Part shown: piece by piece, positions 36,714 through 37,035 of the stretch | Numbering within the stretch: the stretch's first letter is position 1 | Layout of the letters: every line of letters starts with the position of its first letter | Assembly: GCA_038209745.1 (NCBI GenBank) | Contig: JBBQXJ010000043.1 | Span: 1 to 37,035 of the forward strand | From: Verrucomicrobiota bacterium | GTDB taxonomy: Bacteria; Verrucomicrobiota; Verrucomicrobiia; Limisphaerales; CANJSG01 | DNA length: 37,035 nucleotides | Direction of reading: 5' to 3' | Position numbers and translations under genes: made by a program | Notes under the pieces: model-generated | Databases searched by the model: none | Told to the model about the DNA's origin: nothing | The model's input: only the letters and a program-made list of their open reading frames with translations

Positions 36714-36839
36714 TCATCCCAACCGCCGCCGCCGGATCCAGCTCGCCAGCGTGGGATATTTGATCCCGCCAGCTCCGCGAACCCAACCCCGCTCAGTCCG
36801 CTCCCCTCGAACTCGGCCAGGATCTCCTCCCGCTTCCTC
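36714..36839 (-). pseudogene. tnpA: IS66-family accessory protein TnpA remnant, N-terminally truncated and frameshifted
   Basis: The minus strand reads RKREEILAEFEGSGLSGVGFAELA. After a 1-nt shift at the C-run 36765-36767 it reads IKYPTLASWIRRRRLG*, which is the HTH pattern of IS66 TnpA. Bases 36817-36832 are the exact reverse complement of 37020-37035. Confidence 0.7.
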
Positions 36840-36951
36840 GTAAGCGTCCTGCGGAGCGGCTCTGTTAGAGCGGCGGCATAGATGTCATAGGGATGGTAAG
36901 CGTCCTGCGGAGCGGCTCTGTTAGAGCGGCGGCATAGATGTCATAGGGATG
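36840..36951 (+). repeat. Perfect tandem direct repeat, 2 x 56 bp, of an IS66-like left end
   Basis: GTAAGCGTCCTGCGGAGCGGCTCTGTTAGAGCGGCGGCATAGATGTCATAGGGATG occurs at 36840-36895 and again at 36896-36951. Confidence 0.95.
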
Positions 36952-36956
36952 GGTCT

Positions 36957-37035
36957 ATGGCATCGATGAAGCTGTTGAAGAGGGACGTGCTGGGGCGGGT
37001 GCGGACGCCGAGGGCGAAACGGGAGGAGATCCTGG
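36957..37035 (+). CDS. tnpA: IS66-family accessory protein TnpA, 3'-partial
   Basis: ATG at 36957 gives MASMKLLKRDVLGRVRTPRAKREEIL. This resembles the LKxDVLGRVRTPxxRRExLLxEFERSG N-terminus I recall from verrucomicrobial IS66 TnpA proteins, and it overlaps in sequence with the minus-strand remnant. Confidence 0.7.
   Translation, partial: MASMKLLKRDVLGRVRTPRAKREEIL

Larger units (their letters stand above)
36840..37035 (+). mobile_element. Left end of an IS66-family insertion sequence (runs off the window)
   Basis: Begins with GTAAGCG, typical of IS66 terminal inverted repeats, and is followed by a TnpA-like ORF start. Confidence 0.7.

Noticed and set aside
36682..36720. Rho-independent terminator after the giant gene
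   Set aside because: No convincing stem-loop followed by a U-tract.
36678..36881. 67-aa + ORF overlapping the stop codon, a candidate immunity gene
   Set aside because: Pro/Ser-rich translation that is the antisense of the tnpA remnant and runs into the IS end.
36840..36951. Possible CRISPR array
   Set aside because: Only two directly abutting 56-bp copies with no spacers and no cas genes. It is better explained as a duplicated IS end.

Overview
Almost the whole window (about 67% GC) is one giant + strand ORF. The frame is open from base 1, so the gene is 5'-truncated; it runs to TGA at 36679-36681 and encodes at least 12,226 aa. The product is a modular extracellular RHS/YD-repeat protein of the kind common in PVC-group bacteria (taxon is inference). 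The N-terminal half holds five ~200-aa beta-helix repeats, SbsA-type Ig domains, 14 CARDB domains, a beta-propeller, 9 cadherin/He_PIG Ig domains, a short first RHS-like module and a dockerin. A second propeller then precedes a very long (~2,700 aa) YD shell ending in an intact RHS core with the DPxG..DPxG autoprotease motif. The main oddity is that the protein continues ~1,780 aa past the core. That tail has hydrophobic helices, a low-GC cassette flanked by disordered linkers that looks like a C39/papain-fold Cys protease, a leishmanolysin-like zinc metalloprotease and an Ig tail. The putative toxin cargo is therefore internal, not C-terminal. No immunity gene follows the stop. The last ~350 bp contain a frameshifted IS66-type tnpA remnant (- strand), a perfect 2x56-bp duplication starting with the IS66 end motif GTAAGCG, and the start of a second IS66-type tnpA (+ strand). 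All domain calls are by-eye motif recognition, not database searches.
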